Origin: a virus
Strand: one strand, 5' to 3'
DNA: 64,000 nt
Virus record (IMG/VR): IMGVR_UViG_3300021364_000015
Location: 4,531 to 68,530 of that record
The translations under genes and the position numbers were made by a program. The notes beneath the pieces were generated by a model. The model worked only from the letters and a program-made list of their open reading frames with translations. It had not been told where the DNA came from and searched no databases. Below, piece after piece: positions 49,281 to 58,577 of the stretch. Within the stretch, counting starts at the first letter, position 1, and each line of letters opens with the position of its first letter.

Positions 49281-49629
49281 CTTGTTGAGTATCTAAAAAC
49301 ACAGTTGCTGTTCCGTTAACAAGTTCCACTTGATCCATAGGGACTCCGACTCTAGAAGCAATCGCCGCACGTATCCGAATATCTTCCATAGGGTCGTAAG
49401 AGTCTAAGAAGTCACGATCCCCTCTATCTTCAGACAAAACTTCCATAAGAGGAACTGGAGCAGGCGGATCGACACAAGTCTTGCAGCAGAGACGGTCTTC
49501 GTTGATCTTAGGTTTACGGGCACTATCCACAGCGTGCCCACACTCCAACTCAATGTGCCACTTAGTTTGTCCGTACTCACCCAAGCGAACTGCCTGAGTG
49601 ACCAACCGCTTCGGTCCACGTTTACTCAT
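49264..49629 (-). CDS. Hypothetical Zn-ribbon protein
   Basis: LECGH...CCKTC; leaderless TACGAT-6nt-ATG at 49629. Confidence 0.6.
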   Translation of the reverse strand: MSKRGPKRLVTQAVRLGEYGQTKWHIELECGHAVDSARKPKINEDRLCCKTCVDPPAPVPLMEVLSEDRGDRDFLDSYDPMEDIRIRAAIASRVGVPMDQVELVNGTATVFLDTQQVKRLV

Positions 49630-49650
49630 ACAGATATCGTACCAGCACCC

Positions 49651-49679
49651 TTGACTCAAGACCAGCGAAAGCATAGAAT
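49651..49679 (+). promoter_or_regulatory. recA promoter (leaderless)
   Basis: TTGACT-17-TAGAAT-6nt-ATG. Confidence 0.7.
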
Positions 49680-49685
49680 ACACTT

Positions 49686-50660
49686 ATGGATAAATCTAAA
49701 CTTCTAGAAGACGCACTCGGTCAAATCGAAAAGCAATTTGGCGAAGGCGCAATTATGCGGCTTGGTGATAACGCTGCAATGGCAGTAGAAACAATCTCAA
49801 CCGGGTCAATCGCATTAGACCTCGCATTAGGAGTTGGTGGGCTTCCACGAGGACGAGTGACTGAAATCTACGGACCTGAGTCATCAGGTAAGACCACGGT
49901 CGCACTTCACGTGATTGCAGAGGCCCAAAAGAATGGTGGGCAGTGTGCGTTCATCGACGCAGAGCACGCACTAGACCCTGTGTATGCCAAGGCAATTGGA
50001 TGCGATGTTGATTCACTTCTCGTCGCTCAGCCTGATACCGGCGAGCAGGCACTAACCATCACAAACAAGTTGATTGAGTCAGGTGCCCTAGACGTTGTGG
50101 TCGTGGACTCTGTAGCAGCGCTTACCCCCCGTGCTGAAATTGAAGGCGAGATGGGGGATAGTCACGTTGGCCTACATGCACGACTCATGTCTCAGGCTAT
50201 GCGAAAGATTGTCGCAAACCTCAACAACTCAAAGACAACACTGATCATGATCAATCAGTTGCGTGAAAAGATTGGCGTCATGTTCGGGTCACCGGAAGTG
50301 ACAACTGGTGGCAAGGCTCTAAAGTTCTACGCATCTGTTCGACTAGATATTCGACGCATTGAAACGCTAAAAGATGCTTCTGAAGCAGTGGGCAACAAGA
50401 CCCGTGTTAAGGTGGTCAAGAACAAGGTTGCTCCCCCCTTCCGGCAGGCAGAGTTTGAGATTGCTTACGGTGAAGGTATCAGCCGAACCGGAGACATTGT
50501 AGACATCGCTGCACAAATGGGAATTCTTGATAAGAAGGGTGCATGGTACGCCTACAAGGGTGAAAACATTGGGCAGGGTAGAGTCAATACAAAGGCATTC
50601 CTTGACGAAAACGTTGACATCCGAGAAACTATTGCAGACACTATCTACGCCTCTATTTGA
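49686..50660 (+). CDS. recA: Recombinase RecA
   Basis: GPESSGKTT, '[10 protein letters not shown]', 'DSVAAL', '[17 protein letters not shown]'. Confidence 0.99.
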   Translation: MDKSKLLEDALGQIEKQFGEGAIMRLGDNAAMAVETISTGSIALDLALGVGGLPRGRVTEIYGPESSGKTTVALHVIAEAQKNGGQCAFIDAEHALDPVYAKAIGCDVDSLLVAQPDTGEQALTITNKLIESGALDVVVVDSVAALTPRAEIEGEMGDSHVGLHARLMSQAMRKIVANLNNSKTTLIMINQLREKIGVMFGSPEVTTGGKALKFYASVRLDIRRIETLKDASEAVGNKTRVKVVKNKVAPPFRQAEFEIAYGEGISRTGDIVDIAAQMGILDKKGAWYAYKGENIGQGRVNTKAFLDENVDIRETIADTIYASI

Positions 50661-50710
50661 CAGGCGCTAGCATATGTAGTATCCTTGGAAGTCCAAGAAA
50701 GGATACAGTA

Positions 50711-51028
50711 ATGGCTAGAACCAAGACCGTTAAATCAACCAAAGCGCCTGTTGGACCGCCTCCCGGCTGGATAGTAACAGACGTGTATCAACTCTCGCCC
50801 CAAATTACACTTTCAAAAGGCGACGAATGCCGAGTCAAAGGCGAGCAAGGCAAGTACAAGTTCATCCGCCACGTGACAAACACCAACCTAAACCCGCAAT
50901 CAGAATGGGTTGACTTATGGGGAGGATCACATGGTCATGAGCAGTGGAGATCGGTCAGGGTAGATCGACTTAAGCACGTTCCTAAGAAACGCTCCCGCAA
51001 AAAGAAAGAACCCCAGTCACCTAAGTGA
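50711..51028 (+). CDS. Hypothetical basic protein (SH3-like)
   Basis: AAGGA RBS before ATG 50711; 'GDECRVKGEQGKYKF'. Confidence 0.65.
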   Translation: MARTKTVKSTKAPVGPPPGWIVTDVYQLSPQITLSKGDECRVKGEQGKYKFIRHVTNTNLNPQSEWVDLWGGSHGHEQWRSVRVDRLKHVPKKRSRKKKEPQSPK

Positions 51029-51040
51029 CCGGGGTTCATT
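50998..51040. terminator. Terminator hairpin between convergent units
   Basis: GAACCCCAGTCAC-CTAA-GTGACCGGGGTTC, with a U-tract on the minus strand. Confidence 0.75.
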
Positions 51041-51141
51041 CCCTGTTAGGGAAGGACACAAAAGGAGCAAAAGCCTATCCGCTAACAACCATATACTACT
51101 ACATCACTTGATGGTTGATCAAGCGATGTGGGGCACTACCC

Positions 51142-51339
51142 TCAGACGAGAGAAGCCGTTGAGTGGTCGCCAACCTTGGTAGCAGCGAATGACTTCACTA
51201 CTGAAAGGGCAGCGGCAACAGCAGCCGTAGCAGCACCCTTGGCTGAAGCCATGTCAGTCACGACAAACATTGCCAGAAATGTCTGGGCGAATGTCATAAG
51301 GGCACGTTCTCCAACCTGCTTGTAGATGCTAATATCCAT
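51142..51339 (-). CDS. Holin (r1t-like)
   Basis: 'ERALMTFAQTFLA', 'AAALSVVKS'; AAGGAG RBS. Confidence 0.8.
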   Translation of the reverse strand: MDISIYKQVGERALMTFAQTFLAMFVVTDMASAKGAATAAVAAALSVVKSFAATKVGDHSTASLV

Positions 51340-51450
51340 ATATATTCTCCTTGTTAGGGGATTAGGGTTGAGACAATCTTGTCATTGTCTCTATAATAGT
51401 GTACCACACCCATTGTGATTGCGTAGGAGCACATTTATGTAAAAGTTATC

Positions 51451-51726
51451 TCAACTTTTATCTTGGGTCAGTCTAAATGCTGCGTCAATCTCATCAGCAG
51501 TCACCACACCATCATCAGCATAGGCAGCGGCCAACTTCTGCAAAACAGTAGCAGTCGCCGTTACACCAGCCAGAAATGCAGCCTTCCACGGCTCAATACC
51601 GCCAATCACGCTAGCGCCACCAATAATAGCCATAGCGTTCATTACGAAGACCGCAAAGATGCGACCAACTGTGTTAACAATAAGTTTGCGAGTCTCATTC
51701 TTCATCAGAATCACTTTCCTTTTCAT
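51451..51726 (-). CDS. Membrane protein, holin-like
   Basis: Two TM segments; 'DDGVVTADEIDAAF' tail. Confidence 0.65.
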   Translation of the reverse strand: MKRKVILMKNETRKLIVNTVGRIFAVFVMNAMAIIGGASVIGGIEPWKAAFLAGVTATATVLQKLAAAYADDGVVTADEIDAAFRLTQDKS

Positions 51727-51919
51727 CGTCTAAATAATCCAAAACGGTTCCCAGCAAATGCAGCCCTAATCCTGCAAAAGCAATGTAAATCCCTCTCTGT
51801 AATGTCGTGGATGAAAGAGTGATAAGTACCATGCCAGTTCCCGCTAAGGTCCAGCCGAGGTAAAGCATCTCTCTCCCCATCCGCTTAATAGCACCAATTG
51901 TAGTTTTAAATAGTTTCAT
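51695..51919 (-). CDS. Small membrane protein
   Basis: Two TM segments; AAGGAGG RBS. Confidence 0.65.
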   Translation of the reverse strand: MKLFKTTIGAIKRMGREMLYLGWTLAGTGMVLITLSSTTLQRGIYIAFAGLGLHLLGTVLDYLDDEKESDSDEE

Positions 51920-51930
51920 TATGCCTCCTT

Positions 51931-54399
51931 TCAGCGAGACTGTCTTCTTCTAGAACTTTTACTTCCGCCACCAGAATCCCCACTTCCGCCACCACTGGGT
52001 CCTCCACCTCCACCAGAAGGGCCACCGCCTCCGCCGCCGCCCGCAGGACCGGCAGAGGTTGCAGCAGTTGCCACCGTAACGGCTGCGGCAGCAGCAACCA
52101 CAGTACGGCGAGTTTCGGTGTCCACGGTTGAGCCATCGGCCACATACTCGTTGTACGCTTCATCTTCAAAGATGTTAACGGAGTCCTCAAACTCTTCTTT
52201 AACTTCACCGTCAGCGTCGTTCAATGCGTCAACGAGAACTTTTTTACCGTCTTCTGGAATTTCATCAAAGTTGTCTTCAGAAACAAGTGCTTCAATTTCT
52301 TCGACGGTGACTTCACCGTCAACTACATCCAAGAAGTCTTCAGCGAGTTCTTCGTCCAAGGCATCAAGTTCTTCAACAACTTTTTCTTCAGCGGCGTCAA
52401 CTTCGGACAACTCCACACCCTCAATATCAAGACCAAGGCTGTTTAGTTCCAGCGCTAATTCTTGTTCTTCTTCCTCAACGTCAAACTCTTCAAAGAACTC
52501 GTCAACGGTTAACGCTTCGCCTGTATCTTCGTCAACAAACTCAAACTCAATTTCCTCACCATCTACGGTAACGATCTCTGGTTCAGGCTCCGGCTCAGGT
52601 TCCGGTTCCGGGGGAAGAGTTGTCGTTGTCGTCGTTGGAGGCAACGTTGATGTGGTGGTTGTCGTGGTAGTGCTTGTAGTTGTAGTGCTTGTCGATGTAG
52701 TCGTAGTCGGGGTTACCGTAGTCGTCGTAGGCGGTACGGTTGTCGTTGTCGTTGATGGCGGTGCCTCCGTCGTTGTAGTTGTAGGCGCTACCGTCGTCGT
52801 AGTTGTAGGCGGCAACGTCGTTGTTGTCGTTACAGGTATTGTACTAGTTGTTGTTGTTGTCGGAGGCAAGGTCGTAGTAGTTGGAGGTAACGTTGTAGTA
52901 GTTGTTGTTGGTGGAACGGTCGTCGTCGTTGTGGTCGGCGGAACGGTCGTCGTGGTCGTTGGTGGAACGGTCGTCGTGGTCGGAGGGGTAGGCTCCTCTA
53001 CAGTCAGCGTCACTTGGGTAGACCATCCAGAATAGACACCTAGAGTGTCATTGTCGGCACGCACATCAAAGACGTATTCTTCTCCGAGTCCTCCGGTGCC
53101 TTCAAACAAGTCGTAAGACAGAGTATATTCGGTAGTGAGAGCATTTTCGTCACCCACATTTCCAGTAGCGACACCCCATCCAGCGTCGGGGGGTATACTA
53201 AAAGAGATGGCGTAGCGTTCGGGATCGACATTTCCGGTATTTGGCTCATCCCAATCCAAGAAAACGCCGTTAGCGGTCAACTCGCCGGTAAGGTTCATCG
53301 GCGGGCCAAGTGTCTGCGGAACGGTAGTCGTTGTGGTAGTGGTCGGTGGAACCGTTGTGGTTGTCGAAGTCGTCGTTGTGGTCGTCGTTGTGGTCGTCGT
53401 TGTGGTTGCAGGTGTAGCCCAAGTCCAAGTGTTTTGAACAAAACCACAAAGTGTAGAAGAAGTCAAACCTTGACATGTGTCCCACGAAGCGTTAGACGAC
53501 CAGCCATTCGGTGCAGAGTTGCTGTTGATGGAGTTGAACTGAGGATTAGTGAGCAGGTTGGTGAGGTCTGTCCATTCGGTGCTCCCATCAAGTTTTGCTT
53601 TGAAAGCGACTTCTTTGATTTCGGTTCCGTAGTTCCCTCCCGAACCTTCGCCATCTTTTGCCCAGATACGAATCTTAACTGTGTCCCACGATGTTGAATC
53701 TTGCACATTCGTAGAGGTAGACGCTGAGAACCAAAAGGAAGGAACCTCAACCCAAGATGTTGGAGCAGATGATGTCAAGTTGCCTTGCAGTAGGTTACCT
53801 GCCGAGTCGTAAGCGGCATACTGGGTCGCCACGTAATCGTTAACATCGTCGGACCGTTTAACAAGAGGGGTCACAACAATTGAATCAATCTCTCCCGCAT
53901 ACGAAGAAACGTCAATTGTTTGCTCAATGTATGCGGGGGTGTAAGAGAATCTGACCCCGTTGTAGGTGCTGAAGTTTGTTGCAAGCGTCAGGTCAGTGAC
54001 GAGTGCGTATTCACCATTTTCGTAACCCGGACCAACCTGACCGGGGTAGTAGCCCGCCCTAAGGCGGTAAACGCCTGCATCCAGCGTGGTGTCAATCTTT
54101 GCTGATACACACTGGTCTTGAGCGTTGTGGTTGCCGTCATCATTTCTGGTAATCATCGTGCCTGACAGGTCGTACAACCACAAGTACGGGTCAACCGTTA
54201 CCTCATTACATGACTGATTGCTGTTGCCGTAGATAACGACATGGGTAGTGTCCTGCGAAACTTCAAAATACCAGTCAGATTCTTCAGTAACTGTGTACGA
54301 AGCGGCGGCTGCTGGGACAGGAGCAAACCACGCTAGTGCAAAAACCCACACAAGCGCTGCTTTAGCCATTCTCTTGTAGGTTCTGCCCTTGCGCAGCAT
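51931..54399 (-). CDS. Secreted/surface protein: signal peptide, PPC-like and sugar-binding-like domains, Fn3, mucin-like Thr/Pro tract, acidic region
   Basis: AxA-type signal peptide; 'DPYLWLYD.SG..I..NDDG'; 'IWAKDGEGSGGNYG'; Fn3 'PPMNL...LDWDEP...YVFDVRA.N'; (PPTTTTT)n. Confidence 0.75.
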   Translation of the reverse strand: MLRKGRTYKRMAKAALVWVFALAWFAPVPAAAASYTVTEESDWYFEVSQDTTHVVIYGNSNQSCNEVTVDPYLWLYDLSGTMITRNDDGNHNAQDQCVSAKIDTTLDAGVYRLRAGYYPGQVGPGYENGEYALVTDLTLATNFSTYNGVRFSYTPAYIEQTIDVSSYAGEIDSIVVTPLVKRSDDVNDYVATQYAAYDSAGNLLQGNLTSSAPTSWVEVPSFWFSASTSTNVQDSTSWDTVKIRIWAKDGEGSGGNYGTEIKEVAFKAKLDGSTEWTDLTNLLTNPQFNSINSNSAPNGWSSNASWDTCQGLTSSTLCGFVQNTWTWATPATTTTTTTTTTTTTSTTTTVPPTTTTTTTVPQTLGPPMNLTGELTANGVFLDWDEPNTGNVDPERYAISFSIPPDAGWGVATGNVGDENALTTEYTLSYDLFEGTGGLGEEYVFDVRADNDTLGVYSGWSTQVTLTVEEPTPPTTTTVPPTTTTTVPPTTTTTTVPPTTTTTTLPPTTTTLPPTTTTTSTIPVTTTTTLPPTTTTTVAPTTTTTEAPPSTTTTTVPPTTTTVTPTTTTSTSTTTTSTTTTTTTSTLPPTTTTTTLPPEPEPEPEPEPEIVTVDGEEIEFEFVDEDTGEALTVDEFFEEFDVEEEEQELALELNSLGLDIEGVELSEVDAAEEKVVEELDALDEELAEDFLDVVDGEVTVEEIEALVSEDNFDEIPEDGKKVLVDALNDADGEVKEEFEDSVNIFEDEAYNEYVADGSTVDTETRRTVVAAAAAVTVATAATSAGPAGGGGGGGPSGGGGGPSGGGSGDSGGGSKSSRRRQSR
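52590..53000 (-). repeat. Low-complexity Thr/Pro-coding repeat
   Basis: Degenerate gtc/gtt/gtg triplet runs encoding PPTTTTTV units and PEPEPE. Confidence 0.85.
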
Positions 54400-54488
54400 A
54401 AAAGTCCCCTACCGTACCACTAACACCTACTGTTATTGTATCGTTGTGGGGACTTGCCAAGTGTCAATCAAGCGGTATAATAAGACAC

Positions 54489-54722
54489 ATGCCGACGTAT
54501 ACATACAAATTTGTTGAAACTGAAGAAACTATAGACGTGTACCAGTCTTTTTCTGATGATACCTTGACAGAACTAGAGCATCCTGAAAATGGTACAAAGA
54601 TGCGAGTTAAAAAGGTGTTCCACTCGCCAGCGGTGACCGGTGTAGAAAACGTACCCAAAACCGTGTCCCCCACCTATCGGGCCGACCGATCTGCGGTCTG
54701 GAACAGCGCACAACAGGAGTGA
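54489..54722 (+). CDS. FmdB-like small protein
   Basis: MPTYTYK...Q.FSDD.L...P.......KVF; TATAAT-7nt-ATG. Confidence 0.65.
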   Translation: MPTYTYKFVETEETIDVYQSFSDDTLTELEHPENGTKMRVKKVFHSPAVTGVENVPKTVSPTYRADRSAVWNSAQQE

Positions 54723-54723
54723 C

Positions 54724-55338
54724 ATGGGACGCCTAACTTTTCTTGTGGGAACAATGTCATCCGGCAAAACTACACATCTTCTACAAACACACTTCAATGT
54801 TGAAGACGCATTCCCCGGTCAAGTTTTGCTTGTAAACAAAAATGACCGCTCTGGTGATTCAGTCTGTTCAAATCGGATGGGCGGCATGTCCATCTCGTGT
54901 GGCGTAGACGACAATACTAATCTAATTGATCTCGTTTCTGACACAGAGAAAAAGAATGAAGAAAAAATTCTATACATGTTTGCTGATGAGGTACAATTTT
55001 TTTCTGAGGAACAGATTGAACAAATGGCGCACCTCTGTGATGTAAATGACATGACCATCAATGCATACGGTCTTCTAACGTCTTACAAAGGAGAATTGTT
55101 TAAAGCCACTAAGAGGCTGATCGAACTAGCCGACAGGATTGTCCAGATCGGTAACGGTATGCGGTGTTGGTGCGGTGCTATGGCCACGCACAATGGTTTG
55201 TATTTAAACGGGATGAGTGCATCAGCAGGCTCAGATACTGTCGTAGATAATGAGTCAACCGTAGATTACCGGGTCATGTGTCGCAAGCATTTTCTAGAAC
55301 ACATCGGCTTCCGCTCAAAGAGCGACCTGCACCTGTAG
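54724..55338 (+). CDS. tdk: Thymidine kinase
   Basis: GTMSSGKTT, DEVQF, 'YGL...GELF', CWCG, 'Y..MCRKH'. Confidence 0.93.
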   Translation: MGRLTFLVGTMSSGKTTHLLQTHFNVEDAFPGQVLLVNKNDRSGDSVCSNRMGGMSISCGVDDNTNLIDLVSDTEKKNEEKILYMFADEVQFFSEEQIEQMAHLCDVNDMTINAYGLLTSYKGELFKATKRLIELADRIVQIGNGMRCWCGAMATHNGLYLNGMSASAGSDTVVDNESTVDYRVMCRKHFLEHIGFRSKSDLHL

Positions 55339-55521
55339 TACGCCACCATCCTCGGAAAGCACAGTAAGGTCAAGTCCTTCAAATAAAATATTGGCAACCT
55401 GCATCATATCGTCCACAGCCAATTCCCGGTCTTCGTCATCAGGATCAGACAGGTCCACTAGCGTGTCCACGAAGTAGTTAAATAATGCCATTCTGGCTTG
55501 TTCAATGTTTTCTTCAGACAT
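55315..55521 (-). CDS. Hypothetical acidic protein
   Basis: Leaderless TAGAAT-6nt-ATG. Confidence 0.6.
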   Translation of the reverse strand: MSEENIEQARMALFNYFVDTLVDLSDPDDEDRELAVDDMMQVANILFEGLDLTVLSEDGGVLQVQVAL

Positions 55522-55647
55522 GCTGTTATTCTAGTGCCAGAAAATTTTCTGAGCAAGCAGTCTTGACAGCATGTGACGGGTCGATTATAATACCATTACT
55601 GCTTGAGAGAGCAGCATCTGTACATAGCGAATATGATAGGAGAAGAA

Positions 55648-56082
55648 ATGAGCAATGCAGATATTACAGTAAGCGGAAACCTCACAGTGGACCCGGAACT
55701 TAAGTACGGTGCCAACGGCAACGCACGGCTATCGTTCTCGGTAGCGTCAAACAAGCGTTTTCAGGTCAACGGTGAGTGGCAGGAAGAAACATCGTTCTTC
55801 AACGTTGTTGCTTGGCGAGGAATCGCAGAGCAGGCTGCTAACGTGCTTGAGAAGGGTATGCCCGTGATCATCAAGGGCCGTCTTGAGCAGCGTTCGTGGG
55901 AAAACGCAGAAGGCGAGAAGCGCTCAACGGTAGAGATCGTTGCAGACGCTGTTGCTGTCAACACGTTTGGTATTGAGAGCCTTGTACGTCGCCGTGGTGG
56001 CGGAGGTGGAGGCGGTGCAAGCCGACCTGCTCCTCAGCAGAAGGCAACGGTTCCCGAACGTGATCCTTTTGAGGACTTCTGA
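55648..56082 (+). CDS. ssb: Single-stranded DNA-binding protein
   Basis: 'GNLT.DPELK', 'FFNVVAWR..AE', 'GRLEQRSWE', acidic C-terminus DPFEDF. Confidence 0.96.
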   Translation: MSNADITVSGNLTVDPELKYGANGNARLSFSVASNKRFQVNGEWQEETSFFNVVAWRGIAEQAANVLEKGMPVIIKGRLEQRSWENAEGEKRSTVEIVADAVAVNTFGIESLVRRRGGGGGGGASRPAPQQKATVPERDPFEDF

Positions 56083-56104
56083 TCAAACACACGAAAGGAG
56101 ATCG

Positions 56105-56133
56105 GCCCCCCGAAAGGGGGGCTTCTTCTTTTC
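56105..56133 (+). terminator. Intrinsic terminator after ssb
   Basis: GCCCCCC-GAAA-GGGGGGC followed by TTCTTCTTTT. Confidence 0.85.
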
Positions 56134-56173
56134 TGGGATTGACAGATGATCGAAAGGAGGCTATGCTTATCTC

Positions 56174-56635
56174 ATGGAAAAGACTGAATGCAAAGCAGTC
56201 GTTGAACTGCTAAGCGTAACTTGGGACAAGTCACTAGACACCGCATCCCTAACTGTGCGAGCAAAGGGATACTGGGAGTTCATCCACGACTTGCCCTACG
56301 AAGAAACGAAAACAACTATCAAGCGTATGGGGATGGCTGGACGCAAGTGGCTTCCCAAGCCCGGAGAACTGCGTATCGCCACGCTATCCCACATGAAAGG
56401 CGAAGAACTTCCGCCCGAGCCTGAAGAGGCGTGGACCATTCTGCAAGCCATCGGGCAGAAGATTTACAGCGGCACTTACGACTATGTAAAGCCGCATCCC
56501 GTCCTTGCGCAAACCATTCGCAGGCTTGGTACAAACGCCACGGCCTTGACAACCAACTCAGATCGTGCTATGTTTACCTCCTTGTACGAGAAGACTAGAG
56601 AGGCATATATTTTGGAGCATTATGGAACCGATTGA
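56174..56635 (+). CDS. Helicase loader/inhibitor-like protein (G39P-like)
   Basis: 'W...L.DLPYE', 'P.PGELR', 'PEEAW'; upstream of primase-helicase; promoter TTGACA-17-TATGCT-6nt-ATG. Confidence 0.55.
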   Translation: MEKTECKAVVELLSVTWDKSLDTASLTVRAKGYWEFIHDLPYEETKTTIKRMGMAGRKWLPKPGELRIATLSHMKGEELPPEPEEAWTILQAIGQKIYSGTYDYVKPHPVLAQTIRRLGTNATALTTNSDRAMFTSLYEKTREAYILEHYGTD

Positions 56636-58427
56636 TAACGTACTAGCACGAGTCAACCACACATCATCAGGCAAGAATCAGTGGGACGCTACATGCCCCT
56701 GCCGCAGCGACGACGACAACCCTTCTTTGCGGGTGTCAGTTGGCAAGCAAGGTCAGGTTCTCATGAAGTGCCTGCGTGGTGGCGGATGTGAACTAGGAGA
56801 GATTTGCGAGTCTATCGGCCTAGATGTTGGCGACCTGTTCCCCAAGGACGCACCTAAGCCCAAGAAGACCAAGTTAGACCTTGTTGACACATACAAATAT
56901 TTCTATGCAGACGGCACTCTGGCAATGGAAGTGTTGCGCTTTGTCGATGACAACGGTAAGAAAACTTTCAGGCAACGTCGCCCCGATGGAGACTCGGGAG
57001 GCTGGAACTGGTCAACTTCAGACATTGAGAAGCCTCTGTACCGCCTCCCTCAAGTTATCCACGCCAAGGAAGAAGGCCGTCCGGTCTACGTCGTAGAAGG
57101 CGAGAAAGACGTACACAGCCTAGAGGCTTTGGGCAAGACTGCCACGACCAATCCGGGCGGTGCAGGTGCAGAGGGCCAGAACAAATGGATGCCTCATCAC
57201 ACTGAAGCGCTTGCTGGGGCGAACATCATTATCATCTGCGATAACGATGAAGCGGGCTATCTGCACGCACGATCAGTTAACAATATGCTCACCGAAGCGG
57301 GATGCAACGTCAAGGTTTTTAAGCCCGGAAAGTACAACGACGTTTCCGATCTTATCGACGCTGGCGAAGAGTTAGCGGATGCGCTTATTCCGTTTGATGA
57401 TACGGCCATTCCTGAAACTGACGAAACGGACGACACTGCGCTGAACAAACTGATCAGTAATCTTTCCGACCTGCAAGGACAGGAGATGAGCGAAAGCCTT
57501 CTCATGGGGCGGGTAGCATCACACTTTGATTCCTTCATTAGCACTAAAGACCGTCAACACGAAGATGGCGGTAATCTTGTTGAGTGGTCACCGTTCCTAG
57601 AGACAGACGTAGACCTCTCGTATGACTGGGTAATCCCCAATGTACTAGAACGTCAAGAACGTGTCATCGTTGTCGCTGCTGAGGGTGCCGGTAAGACTAC
57701 CCTCGCCCGACAGGTTGCGCTCATGTCATCCGCAGGTATTCATCCGTTTCGCCGTGATGTAATGCCTAAGGTGCGTACTCTTATGATTGACCTAGAAAAC
57801 CCTGAGCGAATCATTCGCCGCACATCCTTGCGCATCTATGACAAGATCAAGTGGTTTGGTAAGCATGAAGACATGGACGCACACCTGCTGATGAAGCCTG
57901 ACGGCGTTAACCTGCTGACACCCAAAGACAAGGCGCTCATTGAAGAGCATGTGGCTATGGTTCAGCCCGACATTGTTTTCTTCGGGCCGCTATACAAGGC
58001 ATTCATTGATCCGGGTGGACGCACAGCAGAATCGGTCTCAATCGAAATCGCTAAGTTCCTAGACTACATCAGGCATACATACAACTGTGCGCTCTGGATT
58101 GAGCATCACGCTCCGCTAGGCTCAGGCGGTCAGCGAGACCTGCGCCCGTTCGGTTCCGCCGTATGGTCACGGTGGTCAGAGTTCGGTCTTGCGCTTGCAC
58201 CCGACCCCACTGATCCTGAACTGATTGAGTTCAAGCACTACCGTGGACAACGAGAAGCCCGAGAATGGCCTGCTCTCTGTAAACGTGGTGAGTCATGGCC
58301 GTTTGAAGTGGTTGAGTTCTCACAGTACCAGAACAGTGTCGCACCTCAAGGGTCCGGGCGAACTGATGAAGAATTGAACGAAGCATACCAAAACGAAGAG
58401 TTTGATGATGAAGTGACACCTTGGTGA
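56622..58427 (+). CDS. Primase-helicase (Zn-binding + TOPRIM + RecA-like AAA helicase)
   Basis: CPC..DD.PSL, 'VVEGEKDV', 'DNDEAG', Walker A AEGAGKTT, 'IEHH', 'PFGS..W'. Confidence 0.9.
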   Translation: MEPIDNVLARVNHTSSGKNQWDATCPCRSDDDNPSLRVSVGKQGQVLMKCLRGGGCELGEICESIGLDVGDLFPKDAPKPKKTKLDLVDTYKYFYADGTLAMEVLRFVDDNGKKTFRQRRPDGDSGGWNWSTSDIEKPLYRLPQVIHAKEEGRPVYVVEGEKDVHSLEALGKTATTNPGGAGAEGQNKWMPHHTEALAGANIIIICDNDEAGYLHARSVNNMLTEAGCNVKVFKPGKYNDVSDLIDAGEELADALIPFDDTAIPETDETDDTALNKLISNLSDLQGQEMSESLLMGRVASHFDSFISTKDRQHEDGGNLVEWSPFLETDVDLSYDWVIPNVLERQERVIVVAAEGAGKTTLARQVALMSSAGIHPFRRDVMPKVRTLMIDLENPERIIRRTSLRIYDKIKWFGKHEDMDAHLLMKPDGVNLLTPKDKALIEEHVAMVQPDIVFFGPLYKAFIDPGGRTAESVSIEIAKFLDYIRHTYNCALWIEHHAPLGSGGQRDLRPFGSAVWSRWSEFGLALAPDPTDPELIEFKHYRGQREAREWPALCKRGESWPFEVVEFSQYQNSVAPQGSGRTDEELNEAYQNEEFDDEVTPW

Positions 58428-58453
58428 CATTTATCATCTAAGCGCCATAGGAG

Positions 58454-58570
58454 TTGACTACAGGTGACCAATTTACTAGAGTATTAGCAAGTCGCTTCAC
58501 CGTACCGCTAACACCTAGGTACTCTGAGCGCCGGTTAGCCCCTCACATGAGGGGTTAACTCATTTCTAAG
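58454..58570 (+). promoter_or_regulatory. Promoter plus structured 5' leader of rmlB-like gene
   Basis: TTGACT-17-TAGAGT; hairpins GTACC/GGTAC and GTTAGCCCCTC/GAGGGGTTAAC. Confidence 0.5.
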
Positions 58571-58577
58571 GAGAAAA

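Noticed and set aside
49630-49685. SOS box at the recA promoter
   Set aside because: Only a CTTGACTCAAG palindrome over the -35 region; no CGAAC-N4-GTTCG.
49686-50660. Bacterial chromosome segment, suggested by recA, ahpC, rmlB and thyX
   Set aside because: These genes are interspersed with phage structural and replication genes and lack their usual bacterial neighbours (e.g. recX, rmlACD).
52118-53035. 305-aa plus-strand Ser/Val-rich ORF
   Set aside because: Antisense shadow of the Thr/Glu-rich surface protein.
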